From Squalus acanthias (Eukaryota): DNA of 64,000 nucleotides. The number at the start of each line of letters is the position of its first letter. Position 1 is the stretch's first letter. The notes beneath the pieces were generated by a model. It was not told the DNA's origin. It worked only from the letters and a program-made list of their open reading frames with translations, and did not search any database. The stretch spans positions 123,196,001-123,260,000 of the forward strand of contig CM059432.1 in NCBI GenBank assembly GCA_030390025.1, in the 5' to 3' direction. Position numbers and translations under genes: made by a program. Below, in pieces: positions 62,023 to 64,000 of the stretch.

Positions 62023-62797
62023 TGTAAGAAATAGCTGTTAGATTCAAAGATGGGTTTTAATTCTTAGAACAGAGACTGACAACATGCAGCCAGGAACAGA
62101 TAGCAGTAATGCCAGCAAGGTCGAATAACAAGCATCAAAAGACAAATAGAAGTGAAAAGGGAATCGTAAAATGCAAAACACAGGGTGGTGGGATAATAGA
62201 CAAAAATGGAGCTGAAAAGTAATAAAATGTCCTTAAAGAAACATAACAAAATGTTCCTCAGCAAGATAAGAGGGAAGCCTCGTCAGCCATGCAGAAAGGG
62301 ACGGCGAGGGATGCCTTCCGCTTCACAATTGGACAATAGGATGGGGGATCAAATGATTGACACCAGGTGATTACCAGCCCACCGAAATAACTATAAATAT
62401 AGAAGACCGAGAGAGGAAATCAGGCAGTTAGGGGCGAAGGCTTCCCCAAGGTGGCTACGGCCTAACACCTTGGTCAAGTTTAGCCTCTGACGTGGCTGAC
62501 GGCCTAACACCTCCAACAGCTCGAGGGATGACCCAACGGAAGTGACCGCTGCAGCAGACTGCAGGAATCCACCCAATCCGAGACCACCGTACTGCCTCCC
62601 CGTCCGTCCGGTCGTGGCATTCCGATTCGGGAGTCGTAGATCGCTCTCTACTGTCACGGGTTGTATGTCTATTATACTTGGCTTAAACCACATGTAATAT
62701 CTGATTATGCTTTAAAACTGTAGCTCTTTAATAAAAGCCTTGCAACTCCTAAAACCCTTTGGGTAATCTGTGTGTGGCCTGTGATCCTAATCTTACA
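62023..62797 (+). mobile_element. Probable solo LTR (775 bp)
   Basis: TGTAAGA...TCTTACA inverted ends; TATA-like ctataaata near 62391; AATAAA near 62730; flanks ataat/atatt (4 of 5 match). Confidence 0.75.
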
Positions 62798-63137
62798 ATA
62801 TTGCATTTACATATTTTCCCTATGTATATATATAATCAGTATTTGAATTTCATCTCATTTTACTTAAAGATCTTCTCCATCTGAATATTAGTTCTTCAGC
62901 CATTTTGTTCCATATCAGTCACAACCCTTACAGATATTGCGAACCGCTAGCAAAACTGTTAGTGCAACCAGAAGCTGCCAGCGAATTTGCGCAAAATTAA
63001 TGTCCTGGATAAACTTTGGAGAGATAGTTTGCTGAGAGACACTTGACTCGTGCTCTAGATAGTAGGAGAAACAATTGCTGTAGTACAGCATTCCTTACCG
63101 CATGTTGCATAATCGGCGCAGATAAGGTGAAGCTCAC

Positions 63138-63648
63138 GGGGACGATTTTAACTCAGCCCGCCCGGTGGAAATGGAGCAGTTGTGGTCCTAAAGTTGCAGT
63201 TCTGCACCTACCGTCCCACCCCCTGCTTCAATCCTGGCCACTGCCATTTGGCACAGGGTCTTTACAAGAGTGGCCCAGGCGCTTGCCTGAATCAGGTGGG
63301 TGCCGGACTATTGCGTGCAAATCGGGGTCCTATGACGACCAGGCAAAGCGTGCGTCGGGCACGAGAAGGTAAGTTCAGAATTATTTTTGTGGGGCCAGGA
63401 GGAGCAGGAGTTCTCTTCCAGACTCCCCAAGAATACTGTGGACCACTGTTGCCCTGGGCTCCCACCCTCCATGTCTGGTCCACCCGCCCGCCTCCTCCCG
63501 GGCCTACCTGGCTGCTGGCCAGCTCAGTCTCCAGGCGGCATGGCAATGTGGCGCGGCCTCCAACTGGCTTGGGCCTCCTGCTGACACCAACAGGCGGGCC
63601 TTCTGTCTACTGCCTGCCTGCTCCGTGTCCGGGGTTCAAATCTACCCC
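63138..63648. mobile_element. MITE-like family D, copy 2
   Basis: ggggacgattttaac...ggttcaaatctacccc; contains the shared hairpin at 63385-63433. Confidence 0.6.
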
Positions 63649-64000
63649 TACCTCTCTGAGTGATCAGGCAAATTCCACCTTCACACTGAGTAGATCAAAA
63701 AGGTGGGGCTAATGTTTACTGTACTAGGAGACATAGTTTTACAGAAATTCCATGGACTACCAGCTTTATGTTGTGAGTTTGATTGTGATTTAAATGCGAT
63801 GAAATAAAAATTAGCAGTGATCTCGCCCTGTAGGAATACAGAAAAAAATGAATTGACATTACAAATTTCTCAGTTTCCATTGTGTTGGATTATTGCGGTT
63901 GAGACAGGTGTGAAGACCATCCTGGACCATGTTATAAATTATGGGCACGAAACTCCTATAATGCGGTGGGACAGGACTTCCAGCCATCAATCAGCCCTTG

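Noticed and set aside
51238..64000. Next upstream DOK6 exon (PTB core)
   Set aside because: I could not find it by eye; it probably lies beyond the window.

Overview
Eukaryotic, repeat-dense vertebrate DNA; the repeat complement suggests a cartilaginous fish such as a shark (inference). The only host gene I can support is the 3' part of DOK6 (docking protein 6) on the minus strand. Three coding exons at 51099-51237, 40482-40596 and 4782-4921 splice in frame to give ...[131 protein letters not shown]. The last intron (about 35.6 kb) must use a GC donor. The rest is intron or 3' flank filled with transposable elements: CR1, CR1-like, L2 and RTE LINE fragments; Penelope-like fragments carrying minimal hammerhead ribozyme motifs; two SINE families whose tails match local LINEs; a probable solo LTR; and many PIF/Harbinger-type elements (a transposase remnant, two inverted copies of a 1.8-kb Myb/SANT-bearing non-autonomous element, and more than a dozen MITE-like elements, several with 3-bp TSDs and conserved internal hairpins). 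Most ORFs in the track are TE fragments or artefacts. All family assignments come from recognition of motifs, not database searches, and many TE boundaries are approximate.
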